DNA of 64,000 nucleotides from NCBI GenBank assembly GCA_964035545.1, contig OZ037766.1:23610767-23674766 (forward strand), given 5' to 3'. This document shows positions 39,201 to 50,935 of this stretch, piece by piece; position 1 is the first letter of the stretch; every line of letters starts with the position of its first letter. The DNA is from Bugula neritina (taxonomy: Eukaryota > Animalia > Bryozoa). The notes below the pieces were generated by a model. That model did not search any database. It worked only from the letters and a program-made list of their open reading frames with translations, and had not been told where the DNA came from. Made by a program: the position numbers and the translations under genes.

Positions 39201-41540
39201 TTTTTATGAAGTAGTCTGGTGCATGAAACTACACTGGTTATGTAATTTTGTAAGCAATCATGACTGATTCCCCCCCCCACCCGAAGCTTGGATGAAACCG
39301 ATAGTCCATGACTTCTACGCAGCGTTGAAGAGTATTGGCAGGGTTTTATTATGCTTGCTGCATGAAATTAAAGTCTGCATGATTTTCTTGTTGATACTAG
39401 ATTTTTAACTCTGGCTACCTTGATATTCCAGGAAATACAATATTCTAGGCATTGGCTGATGTGTTTTTTAAGGTCATAGGTAATGTTAGGTCAAAGGTTA
39501 AATTGCATATTCTGTATGTAGGCTTCTTATTGTAGCAATTGTAATATTTATTGTAGCCTATTTTATATAAAGAGTTTATATTTTGTGTTTTATAGTTTGA
39601 ATGGATTTGCCCTAACAGATATGACTGTGATAGTGATATCTACAGCTACGTTCCTCTTCTCAGTCGTATTTCTATTAGTATCTACTTATACCTCGGAGAC
39701 ACTCAGCTCCTATCATCTTGAGTCTAGTCAATCTAATAAGTGTGCTTACTGCTTCACCATCACCGTAAGTCACTACTTGCTCTTGTTCGGTTCCTTTGAC
39801 ATTTCAACTTTTTTTTACATAAACTATCTCAGTAATCTATAAAGAGTTGAAATTCTTTCAAATGCTATTTGTTAATACTTTCCAGGAGAAATTGAGTTTA
39901 AAAAGAGAGTTTGTCACTAGATTTGTATTTGTAAAAAAGTCAATTTATAATTGTCTAAGTGAGTTGAAATGTTTATTTCGCAAATAAATTTTGAGAATAA
40001 TAATTGAAAGGTTATTTTAAAGCTAAATTCACTCAATTTTTATTTATAGCTTCAAGTATATATTGAATTGTTCCATCAGTTTTCAAAATCTGACAATACT
40101 TGAAGAACACTGAAAATCTGACTAATTATTAAGTTTTTGTCTTTTATAAACAACTTTTCAAAACGAGCAACAACATGTAAAAAGTAAACAAATAGCTCAC
40201 ACTTTATAGTGTTGAAATTGTATGTTTAAGTTCAGTTCCTGTTATTACTCATCCATTTGCAGATGTCCTTATTCAGTTGCTTTGCTGTGATCTTATGGAC
40301 CCTTATCATAGCTGCTACAATGATTCCAACTACCATCATTTCTGTAGTACACTTCCTATTCAAGTCTGGAAGTGCTAGCTGTGTGCATCTGCCAAGTTAT
40401 GGTTCGTAGCTGATTATTATTATAATTAATCATTTTCATATTCAACAGCTGGCAAAACAACTTTGTCTACCACTTTGTTAGCAAAATTTTAATGACCATT
40501 TACTACATTGCTAGAATTTTTATTCAAATTTCTTTTAACTAGATAATAAAATTCTTACTGTAATATAGTTGAACATAAGTTATGTACAGGTTTTCATGTA
40601 GTAGTATTAGTTATATAAAGATTGAGGAGATAACTCCAATTACTTGCCTGACAATAAAAATGTAATTTTGAATGAATTATAGCTCTTCCTTGTTCTGGCA
40701 GTTTGTAAAATGTGTTTGAAAGCTCATTTTATTTTATCATATAATTTATTAAAAAAAGCAACAAAATTAAAACCGCCATCTATTTATTGCCTTGTGCACT
40801 TGAATGAAATTTCCTACATACTTGTTTAAACTGTGAGTTATGTTTTATGATGGAGTGCAATGGCTGTCAAATATGTTGCTAATTTCCCTTCATTTAGACT
40901 ATGAGCTATAAATAGTGGTAAACATATGTAGGTATACAGACACCTGTAGTAGTGGGAGTCAGCGATACTCAGTCTACTGTCCAATTACATTGTAATGATG
41001 ACCTTGAAGACTGGCTGGAGAGGTCATGGACCCTTATGACCCCTCTTCTGATTAGCCTTGGCTGTGCTGTCCTCATCGAAATGGTGTTGGTAAGAACCCA
41101 AGGATGACTTAATTTAATGTAGTGTATAGTGTAGACTGCTTTCAAACCTAAATAGTATTGATGCCCACATGTATAATATAGATTCACATTATGCAATTAT
41201 TCAATACTTTTTGAAAATACTATTTCTTGGGTATTTGTTTACCAAATAAAATGTGCCCAAGTATTTTAATGAACTAAAAATAGAATAAGAAACCTTCAAA
41301 GATTTTGCTTTTATACTGTTGAATAAACTCATGTCAAAAATTCTTTAATACGGAAAATAAGGCAGTGAGATTTGAAGCACTCAATATTATATTTGTTTTA
41401 TTTTGTTTCAGATGGGATTTATCATGGTAGTCAGTAGCAATGGCAGACATCTGTATGAGAGAATGGGGTATCTTAGCAACACCAAAACAACTCATGATAA
41501 TAGCAATGACGGCGGGCGTCAAAGACCGCCCTTTATATAG
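21291..41540 (+). CDS. Divergent M6/PLP (myelin proteolipid family) tetraspan membrane protein, 450 aa. Exons: 21291-21426, 32011-32325, 34544-34678, 38217-38388, 39596-39764, 40263-40401, 40932-41089, 41412-41540
   Basis: The 1353-nt spliced frame is open through all junctions and has four hydrophobic segments. Motifs parallel M6a: GSCYYCLRTL (GCFECCIKCL), STYTSETL..KCAYCF (GFFTTGAI..TCGRCV), ILW..IP (LAW..LP), CVHLPSYG (CLDLRQFG), FIMVVSSN (YLMVLSAN). Joining of the first three low-complexity exons rests on splice phase only. Confidence 0.8.
23402..24591 (+). repeat. Left inverted arm of the Academ element (1190 bp)
   Basis: Reverse complement of 27386-28575; I counted about 9 substitutions by eye. 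Confidence 0.95.
24364..27385 (-). pseudogene. Academ transposase-XPG-Cys finger pseudogene, 5'-truncated
   Basis: Collinear fragments: TFDQAIYKIAKEI*W..IRMGGFH, GKHYNRGVRAHK, GNWQLYL..YDRTNYSRWL, DQVLEQTLNRDSKTSGG, IIIDGM, RVDVVFDVY, HDEADTRL, RSVDTDV, HALTGCDSVS, LPPSRNSL..HVKRANYQ, CKCKKAGCKSKAC..KCCGLCECFDCNN. Several stops (27025, 26761, 25446) and frameshifts (~26445, ~26250). Confidence 0.9.
27386..28575 (-). repeat. Right inverted arm of the Academ element (1190 bp), carrying a second copy of the Cys-finger coding end
   Basis: ORF 27383-27613 (+) is nearly identical to the C-terminus of ORF 24364-24762 (-). Confidence 0.95.
30194..30253. repeat. Short imperfect inverted repeat (~25-bp arms)
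   Basis: aaccaagttgaaacatggcaataatt / aataattgacatgtttcaatttagtt. Confidence 0.65.
30809..31175. mobile_element. MITE in an M6-like intron
   Basis: ~35-bp imperfect TIRs GCCTGGCCTCAggcTCGTGAGAAcCACACG / CGTGTGATTCTCACGAtcgTGAGGCCAGGC; CpG-rich interior with repeated TCGT motifs; TSD not clear. Confidence 0.75.
34196..34460. repeat. 31-bp pyrimidine-rich minisatellite (tagctccttcttatccttctgccctcagtcc), ~8 copies
   Basis: The first 4 copies are near-identical and the array decays toward the 3' side. Confidence 0.92.
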
Positions 41541-41651
41541 TTATAGCCATCTCAAGTTTCTTAGCTTATATGTTAGAGTTTCTAAAATTTATAGATCTGT
41601 TGAAATCACTGGTATATATTAAACTTGCATACAACATACTTGATATAAATT

Positions 41652-41842
41652 TATTGTAGATATATATTGTAGATATACATCACTACCATTCATTCATGAG
41701 TCATTTCATTATAAATAATCGCTTTTTTATCATATATTATATCTATATATCTACAATATCTATTGTAGATATATATTGTAGATATACATCACTACCATTC
41801 ATTCATGAGTCATTTCATTATAAATAATCGCTTTTTTTATCA
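41652..41842. repeat. ~81-bp direct duplication (41652-41732 / 41761-41842) in the M6-like 3' region
   Basis: The copies differ only in a T-run length. Confidence 0.9.
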
Positions 41843-44601
41843 ATACGTAGATAAGTGTAGACCATAGAGAAGCAAGTTCCCAAGTGCTGGTAATTTTACA
41901 TAATAACTTCTAGCTTTGTTTATTGTTATTAATATTGCTATTTGCTAAAGTATGTTTTAATCATGTTTAAGAAATGTCATTTATGAAATCGTCAGCTGTA
42001 ATATTGATGAAGACTTGGAAAGCTGTAATTATTAATTTTTGTTTTGTATTAAGGGAAGACAACTTTGATTACAGAGCGATGCCATAATACATAATCAAAT
42101 TATCTATATCTACTCGCTCATTAGAAATACTAGCAGCTGTATGTAAATAATTACTATTTGAAGGTAGAAGCATGGAGCATTCATTCACAATTCTATAAAA
42201 ATGGGAGACCAAGTTTTTTATTTAATTAAGCATTACTATTGTATATAATTATATATTATTCTGCTATAGTACTTTATTCTTATATGCTTTTACACTGGCG
42301 TCTCAATATACAACCACAAAACTATAACTGTAATGTCTTTGTATTTATTATTATTGTTCTCATGTAAATGATCACTTAAGGAATATTAATATTAGCTGAT
42401 CTTCATAGGACGTGAAATCAACAGAGAGTATAAACCTTTCAGTCACTTAAGATGTTCTACTATATAGCAATCAAGTTGGCCCTAGGTTGACTTATAAACT
42501 ATTATAAGATATAATGTGCTAGCAATAGATATTTTTATTGCATTATTTCAATTATCAAGTGACAAAGGCATCATTTTAGAGATAATATTTTGGTTAGCAA
42601 AACAAGTTGGTTACTATTAAAATCTGATGCTAATGAAAGATGTACTGCATTCGATTTCCCTTATAAATTGTATTCAACAATAGACTGAGGGATGATGAAT
42701 ACTGCATAAGCAGAAAACGCAAGTTTAAATAAAAACTGTTTATTACAAGAAATAATACAGACTTAGTAAAAAATCAGAAATTGATCAAATTGCTGTTCAT
42801 AACTAAATGACTGCCGAAACAACCAACGAATTATAAAATATATTTAAAAGGCTCATTAGAAAATGAAATAACTTCTAATGTTAAACGCTTAGATATTATA
42901 TTTTAACTTCAGTGAGTGATAGTAGCAGTAATTAGTATATATGCTTGACAACTAGATCTAAAAATGACGGAGGTCTAGACTAAAATACTCGTACTTTGCG
43001 TAGTCAGTGTGGCACAAACATGGAACTGATTGAAGAGTACAATAGTTATGTAATATGGTCTCTATTTGCATTGCGTAGATGTGTGTCAGTCCATAACTCT
43101 GGCTAGCAGGTATATTCCCAGCAGACGTCTGAACACACTCTACAACAACAGCACTAACAGTACGAGTTATTTTACTATTACATAAAGCAGACAACTCCTT
43201 ATAAATACTTATAGTCGCTATTATACATAGTTGATAGCATCTGTTATGCAAGGAAATGCTAGGAGCCACAAACTTGTCATGTGATGTTACATAACATCTA
43301 TAAAAAATAAGTAAAAGCATTGAAATATATGAACTCGGGCCAACTAAAGCATTTTATCTTTAACAAATAGGTTTAAAGGTTTAAATTAAAAAACTCAGGG
43401 TTTGTGAAAATTACTACAAAATCACTTTAGTAATTTGGAAATTATTAAAAATGATCTGAATATAATATTATGGTAGACTTCATTTTTACACTGAATTATT
43501 AAAAATACAAATGTGGTTAGGAGATTCGCACTTCAATTGCTACTAGCATAGTTACACTATTTAGTAGTACAGCATTTTATAATGATGAATTAAAACCTTA
43601 TTTACACTATGTGTATATGTGTATATACACATATACATATTCACACAGGCATGCAATCCCGAGTACACAATTATTTATCACAATTTCATGAGGAGATTGA
43701 GAAGGCAACTTCAAAAACAAAAACTGCAAAATTGAACATTGTAAACATTGACAGACAAAACCTCTCAACACATTTATGGAATTAATTTTTACAAAAAACA
43801 TGAGTAAAACGTACCACGAAAAATTCTTTTGATCGGACAACTTTTTATAAAAAACAGCGAATTCTGTCCAATATTTGGATTGAGACATTCCACGAGCATG
43901 AAAAGCTTTTGTTATATTAGTACAGCTTACAGAGCTTCTTAGCTATGTTAGCCATCATATGATTTTTCTGCATTTTGTTTGGCCAAGCTTATGTACAGAT
44001 ATTTTGGCTACCATAAAAAAGCTAGCTTTTAGACTATTATATAAAATCAGCACTTTATGTCATTCACTCTCTTTCATATTCAGTGTTTGGTGGTCACTAC
44101 ACGTCGATTAAAACAACAACTTGCATTGTCCTGAAGAATGTAAAAGTGAATCACTACATTAGCTAAAAGGATATGCATCTTTCACAAGCAATTTCATTGC
44201 TGGTATAACCTATTTCAACCATAAATGCACAATTTGAAAAACAAAGTTAATGAGCCATCTTATGATAGCAGAGATACTTAGTAATGCAGAAAACACACTC
44301 AACCTTATAGTTAGTGGATTATATGCCACCCAAAAAAAAGTTTCAAGATCAGCCAAAGAAAAGTAGATGAAGCAACAATTAAACATTGGCAACTAAAAAA
44401 GGCAATAGCATTGCATCTCCAGCAGTTTTCACAAAAATATTTCTGAAACTTTAGTAAAAATTCATCTTTCTAATCTAAATTTTTTAAATTTTCAATAATG
44501 ATGACGAAGTTGCCTTCCCGTTGACCAAGTTGGAGGGCAAACAGTAAGCTTACTTGATTACAGTAGACGGACCAGAATCACATCTGAAGTGATACGTCAC
44601 A

Positions 44602-47600
44602 TTAAACAGGGACAGTGTGACCAAACCTCAGTCTGAACTGCTCAAAGAACATGAATGTAAGAACTGTTTGTGGCCCGAGTCGAGTGAACGCAGGTATAAA
44701 ACCTTTGTAGAATGATGTGAGTCCAGTGGAGGCTATGTCTTTCGCACAAGCTAGGATTCCTGCAACATACTGGCAGATATTAGCTCACAATCTCATGTAT
44801 TGATACTGCAAGTCATCCCTTTCTATAAGTGAATTCTTACCTGTGATATAATAGGATATAATATAATAGAATGTAATATAACATGATATAATAGGATATA
44901 ATCAAATAAAACATTATATTATAGAACATAATATGATATAATATAAGATAGCATGATATATTGAAGTATAATATGATAAAATAAAATAGAACATGATATA
45001 ATGGAATATAATACGAAATAAAACAAGGACTAGGCACAACTTGGCAACTAAAGATCAGGAGAAATTAGTATATCAATTATTAGAAGTATAAAGATTGTGA
45101 TAACTTGTATTCAAGGTTCACTATGTGATGTTTCTTACCAGAGTATGTACCAGGGGCGGCATTCATCATTCTGGTTTTCATGACATCAACAGGCTGTGCC
45201 AAAGCAGTAGCAACGCTAGCAGCGCTAATACTCGCAGTGAAGTGTGTCGTCATATTATCTCTGAAATCACACACCAGATCTTTCCTGACTCCATCAATTT
45301 TATTGACTCAAACAATTTCATATCATTCAATTCCTTAGCTCACAGTTCACATTATTCAAGTAATAACTGTCAATCACTCACTGGGTCACATTATCACGCA
45401 ATAGACCGATATTTAGAAAGCTTGTCTCTTTTCTTACAATAATGTTAATAGAGTTACTGTTGACATCGAGCAAAACATGCTATTAGCTTTACTAATGGAA
45501 ATTAAAGCAAAAGCAAGGGGAAAGAATTTAGAAAAGGCAAAGTATAGTACCTAAAGTATTGAGAAGCTAAGAGGCTCTGTTTGATTTGATCATACATAGC
45601 AATCTGGCCAATCGTCACTAATACTGCTCTGGTACTGGCCATAACTGAACCAGTGAACAGTGTGCTAGCACCTACATAACAGATAACATGCGGGTGATTG
45701 GTGAACCAGAAACTAGCAGGTGTTAACCAATCAGGCACTAGCTACCAGAGGTTTCACCTAGCCACAACTCAACTGCCTCAAGTTTCAGCCAATTGAAATC
45801 TCAGTTTAAGTAGTGAAGTTGAGACTAAGCGTGCGGCCATGGCAAGTGGATGTTCAGCACTGGTCACATAGCAGAACTTCCACTCGAAGCTGGAAGATGC
45901 ACTCGAGCAGATTTTAGGTGGTTTTATGTGAACACAATCCGGAACAGCTATTGCGGAAATGGCTGGTAACTATTAAGTGAGCACACTTCAAGCTTCAAGG
46001 TCACAATTTTACTTTCTAGAGATCAAGTTTGTCTACTTTTTGTGTTTTTATATGGCATTGGATAAAAATGTCATTAGCTAGAAAATTTCCGCTCTTGCTG
46101 ACAAAACATTGTGTATGGTAGATAGTTTTTACAGCAGAAAATCCGTCTAATGTGGCCCCACGCTTACTAATCACAACAAAGGTGTAATCTAGCGAATTTT
46201 CAGCTATATCAGAAAGGATCATGCAAGTTGACCATATCCTGTTAGTGTTATTCCAGAAGTTATGAGAGAAATCTCTTGTCTTGCCAGAACATGTTCAGAC
46301 TATTATGTGAACTCCAAGCGTCAGTAGAGGTTACCCGCTAAGGAGTGGATTTAACAGTGACTTTCAAATTGTAAGTATTAAAGAAGAGTGATTTGACAAC
46401 CAACTCTTTACTAACGGATAATGGCAGAGCATGTGCCCAGACAAGAAATCCCTTTTTATAAAAAAAAAAAACAAAAAAAGCATTTATAGCAACTGAAGAG
46501 ACATGCAGTGACAATATTATTACGCACTTAGGACGATCAGATCAGTGGGCGTGACCGTACTTACTTGAAGTAAGGGGTGCCAACCAGTAACTGTTTAAAC
46601 TGGTCATACATGGCGATTTGACCAACAGTTATGAGAACAGCTCTGAAACTGGCTGTGACGGCACCGTTGAACAAACAGCTTGGACCTTTCAATGTACAAA
46701 CGTTAAGCTTGTAAATTAACATTTATACTAAGTAAGCAAAACAATAGGTTTACTAATTCATTATTTTCTTTAGAATAAGTGAAAAAATAATGAACTCTTT
46801 TTAAAGTAATATCCTAACCAAATAATAAATTAAATTTTTGAATGTAATATTGTTCTAGCTTAGCTCTTGTTTTTTGAATGAAAATGTTCTATACTTTACA
46901 TAGTCTTCAACTATGAATCCCTGCCTTTCAGTTCTAAGGTGACTTAACAAAGTTATGTGCAGAATTATAATATAGAGAATTTGTATAAAATTGTGTTGAG
47001 ATAATATAAAGTAACAAGAAAACAAACTATTGAAATATTGAAAGCATTGACGGCTAACCTTCATAACGAGCTATTCGATACAACCCATGGAACACATTCT
47101 TGTAATTCCTCCTCTGGTCTACGGGTATCTTCATGTCATTTTGCAGTCTAACATTCACAAGGTCACACGGAGTTCCTGCGGCATAAAAATTCAAAAACTT
47201 TAGAAAGCCAATAAATTTATAAAAGCAACTTACAACGACAAAACACACACTTTATATGTTCGTTTAAATGATGTTAGAACGGTCCATATTAGCATGACTA
47301 CCCTGTAGATTATCGCAAGCTTCATCTAACAGTTAGCTATGATTGATAGTATAGTGCCACTGCCTGATAAGTAAAACTATTATAAAGATCAAACAGAGTC
47401 TGTAACTGGCCAAAAGGCAGTAATTAGCTAGGAGTTCTAATAGTGGCTACACACAATTTAGATTTACTAGAGTTTGATCAATTTAATCTACAGGTTTACA
47501 TGCTGCAACATGTAGTATTTTAAAGTCAGACCACAATGCCTAATGTATTTACACACTAAGAAAAAAAACTGCATGGAAACATGTAACTGCTTTGTATATA

Positions 47601-48693
47601 CAACTGTATCCATCTGGCCATAGCTTTACCTAATAGTTGCAGCTACTCATCAACCACCCCCCTCTCTCTCTACCCGAGTTAACCTAACCTACCTACAACC
47701 ACTCTTTCTACCCGAGTTTACTGCAACATACTCACCTACGACTCCACCAATACCACCAGCAAATGTCGCAATGATGACTTTTTCATGAAAAGGTAACTGT
47801 CTACCATTTGTTGTTCTTTGTCCCTGAATTTAAACAAACTCGAATGAAACAAAACTGGCAAAGTCAAACAAATTGTAATTTTAGTGAGTTGATGCAACAA
47901 ATGCAGAAAATTCAATACAAGTTACAAAAAGTTTAGCAGATTTTATTCAAATAAACAATTCATCAACTACGGTTGGCAGGTTTACTAAATTATTATACCA
48001 CAGGACATTAATTTCATGACAAACTTTATATGAAGAGTTATTCCCACCTTGATATATTCGTAGACAGCAAATCTAGTGAGTGAGTATGTCATTTGTCTCC
48101 CAACTGAGGCCGATATACCATTGTATAACCCCAGAAACCCTTCATTTCGCACCACCTGCTTTGCCATACCTATACCAGCATAAGATTTGCAAAACAGTCT
48201 TTCGCAACTTGCAATATTGTAAATTCATTTGTTTGCTCTTTCTAGTGCCTCAATTATTCATAGCACTCAAATAAAATATACTGGAAGCACAACTTTATTA
48301 ACTTTACAGTTGCTCTCATTAGCTTGTCAATGTGCATAGTTGCTCACAACTATATTTGTAATATGATTCAGTTTTTAACGTTAAAATCATTGTCACTGTT
48401 TCAAACGATATAAAAGAGTCTTACGACAAAAACAGGGCCAATAGTGACAATCCGACCTGTACATGTAACACAGCCAACTAAAAGGTTCATGATAATATCA
48501 CACTTACTTATTGAAATTCTGTAAGTACTGACTGATAGTAATAATTATACCTACCTACAAGTCCAAGTTGTGCTTTTTGTTGCGTTTGCAGATGCACTTT
48601 CAGCAAATCTAGAGGATGGGTGCACATTGCAGCAGTAGCTGAGGCTAACCCTCCATGATACCATAAAGCTACTTGCTTCTTTGGCCCATCCAT
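44602..48693 (-). CDS. SLC25A10: Mitochondrial dicarboxylate carrier (Dic), 288 aa. Exons: 48555-48693, 48048-48169, 47736-47823, 47059-47175, [46565-46685 OR 45551-45671], 45139-45260, 44602-44759
   Basis: WYHGGLASATAAMCTHPLDLLKVHLQTQQ, GLYNGISASVGRQMTYSLTRF, GTPCDLVNVRLQND..QRRNYK, QPVDVMKTRMMN, FYKGFIPAFTRLGPQTVLTFMFFEQ. Three Px[DE]xx[KR]-type carrier repeats; the 867-nt frame is open with either alternative exon. Confidence 0.96.
44840..45020. repeat. Degenerate (ATATA/ATATG)n pentamer tract in a Dic intron
   Basis: Read directly. Confidence 0.75.
45551..45671 (-). CDS. SLC25A10: Dic alternative exon 5B (121 nt): GASTLFTGSVMASTRAVLVTIGQIAMYDQIKQSLLASQYFR
   Basis: TAG| acceptor, AG|GTACT donor, phase 1 to 2, open frame. 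Confidence 0.9.
46565..46685 (-). CDS. SLC25A10: Dic alternative exon 5A (121 nt): GPSCLFNGAVTASFRAVLITVGQIAMYDQFKQLLVGTPYFK
   Basis: AAG| acceptor, |GTAAGT donor, phase 1 to 2, open frame. Confidence 0.9.
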
Positions 48694-50449
48694 GTCTGTT
48701 TAATCTAAACTGCAAGTCATACGTTTTCAAGTGAAAACACACAGTATTATTAGAAGAGTAAAACAGAATAAGTAGAATTGTATAGTAAATTTAGTTCAAT
48801 AAAATAATTCAGTAGAGTGGCTACCACCACATATAAAGTTCATGCATTTAATTGGAATATTCATCATCAAACTAGATATTATAAATGAGCTCATAACTAC
48901 CACATGTAACTGGAAGAGAAATAAGCCTAGCATGAGTGAAAAACACTGCACACAAACGGCAAAACACTAGTCCAAATTTTGATTGTATTTATTCCATATA
49001 ATAGTTGGCAATACCAAAAGTAAATAGACATGCATAATAATATTCAGATGGTAATACTAGTAGTAATACTGATATAGAATAAACCATAGTAATATAACTT
49101 GCTGAGCCCAAACTTACCCTTTTGAATAAAAGAGTAAACTAACAGTTAATGATTTACCACACTACACATGTGAATCATTAAATCGAAGAATTCAAAGTAA
49201 AATAATCTATAAAGAGCTTAATGGCATTGATAATCACAATATTGGTTGTAATATGAGTATCTGAATAAGTGTAAAAATAAGTGTAAAATAATAGAAGTTA
49301 CAGTAATAGTTATACTCATAAAACTAGCAAAACTGGAAAACAAATTTGACATAGCATATATCTTACTATCTGGCATTCATCTTCAATTGCATTATTATTA
49401 TTACGATTATTTAGTAAGTTTTAATTACCTTGAGTTACATAGTAAAAAATAATATAGATATGGTAATAAAGATCGTACTAATAATAGCAATGTTGTATTG
49501 CTATTAGAAAAATCTAACTATGGGAAAATTTGACATAATTGGATCACATCTAGTTAAGCTGTGTCTGTAAGCACCATGTCATCAATTTTAGTTATAATAC
49601 TATTAGTATCGATAGTTTCTAGTATTAGTACTATAGACATAGTAGTACTATTAAATAGTGCACAAGTAACAATTAACATTAGCATAAACTGACAAATGAT
49701 GAACAGTAAAATTACAGTCACTGATTTATTTTAAGTCTACATACTTATCTTATTCTTAGTATATGCAAATGTATAGTAAAAGTAACCAAGTAAAGTATAA
49801 AACAATAAACTCACTCAAACTAAAAGATCTTAATCTGAATTCGATAGTCATAGTGACAGTCACTGTTAGTGTCATGCATTTGGACTCTTGGAGTTGGAGG
49901 AATACCAATAGTCAATCTCACACTCAAATACTATAACTCATTACCACTAACAGTAATTGCTTAAGTTACCAAATGATCGAATTATTGATAGTCAAAAACG
50001 ATTGGACACAATCATAATAATAAATTCATAATCATAATTTGGGAATACTAATGATTATGATTATTATTGTGATTATGATTAAATTTAATATATCATAATG
50101 ATAATCATTGTCATTATGATTATGGACATGAGACAGGACATGGTTTACGTTAGTGCTACGATTACCACTGTGATTGTGATAAGCTTTTTTCCTAAACTTA
50201 AATTTAAACATCCAAATTTGATGATATTTATATTGATCTTGATAAACATATCATCATCATGAAGTTGAACTTGAACTCTAGTCTTCACTGACACTAGACT
50301 TCAACCGAGGTTTAACTGAAGCCGAAAACCTTAGGCTTGAAGTTAACTTAAGGTTTAACCTAACTTTAGGTTTGTGTCGCCATCATGATGTATATTTAAT
50401 GACTAAAGTAAATGAAAGAATTAATTTACTCGTAGCAATAAATAAAAAC

Positions 50450-50935
50450 AACTGAATGTGCCAATTCGCCAATTCACCTTGAAAAATAAAAATAAAAACG
50501 ATGATGCCGAAGTAACTTGCTGCGAGAGAGCTTGCACGCGGGGATCGCTAAATGGATCACAGAGGTCGGAGTCATTGAGCGCAGTTTCTGCCTCCACACG
50601 ATTGTCCAGACTCTCAACACTAATCTTGCAATCACTATACTATGTGATCCTAAAATCTATGCTGCATCACGCGATTCTTCTTGCGCACAGCTATAGCAAA
50701 GTCAACATTGACGATGCGAAAATAAACTGCGGACTTTATCACTGAGTGCAATACAATATTATACAGGTCTGTCCACAATACCCGTTATTAGGAATTACGG
50801 TGTTAAATAGGTGTTAAAATGAAACCTTGACCCGACAAGCGGCGTTATTGTATTCGCTGACGCAGTTCGTTGTCATAACCAAATTGAAATTGATGAGAAA
50901 AAAATTGCTCATATTCAATCGTTACACCCAAGCGT
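50450..50935. promoter_or_regulatory. Putative bidirectional promoter region for Dic (-) and the GALNT10-like gene (+)
   Basis: The main CpG-rich patch between the two divergent genes. + strand donor GTAAGT at ~50934 and a candidate UTR exon 51141-51186; - strand donor GTAAGT near 49117. Confidence 0.5.

Noticed and set aside
42958-44392. Minus-strand ORFs between the M6-like and Dic stop codons
   Set aside because: No motifs or splice context; likely 3' UTR or intergenic.
45551-45671. Exon 5B (or 5A) as a dead duplicate or assembly error
   Set aside because: The copies are too diverged at silent sites for an assembly duplicate, and both keep length, frame, splice sites and key residues.
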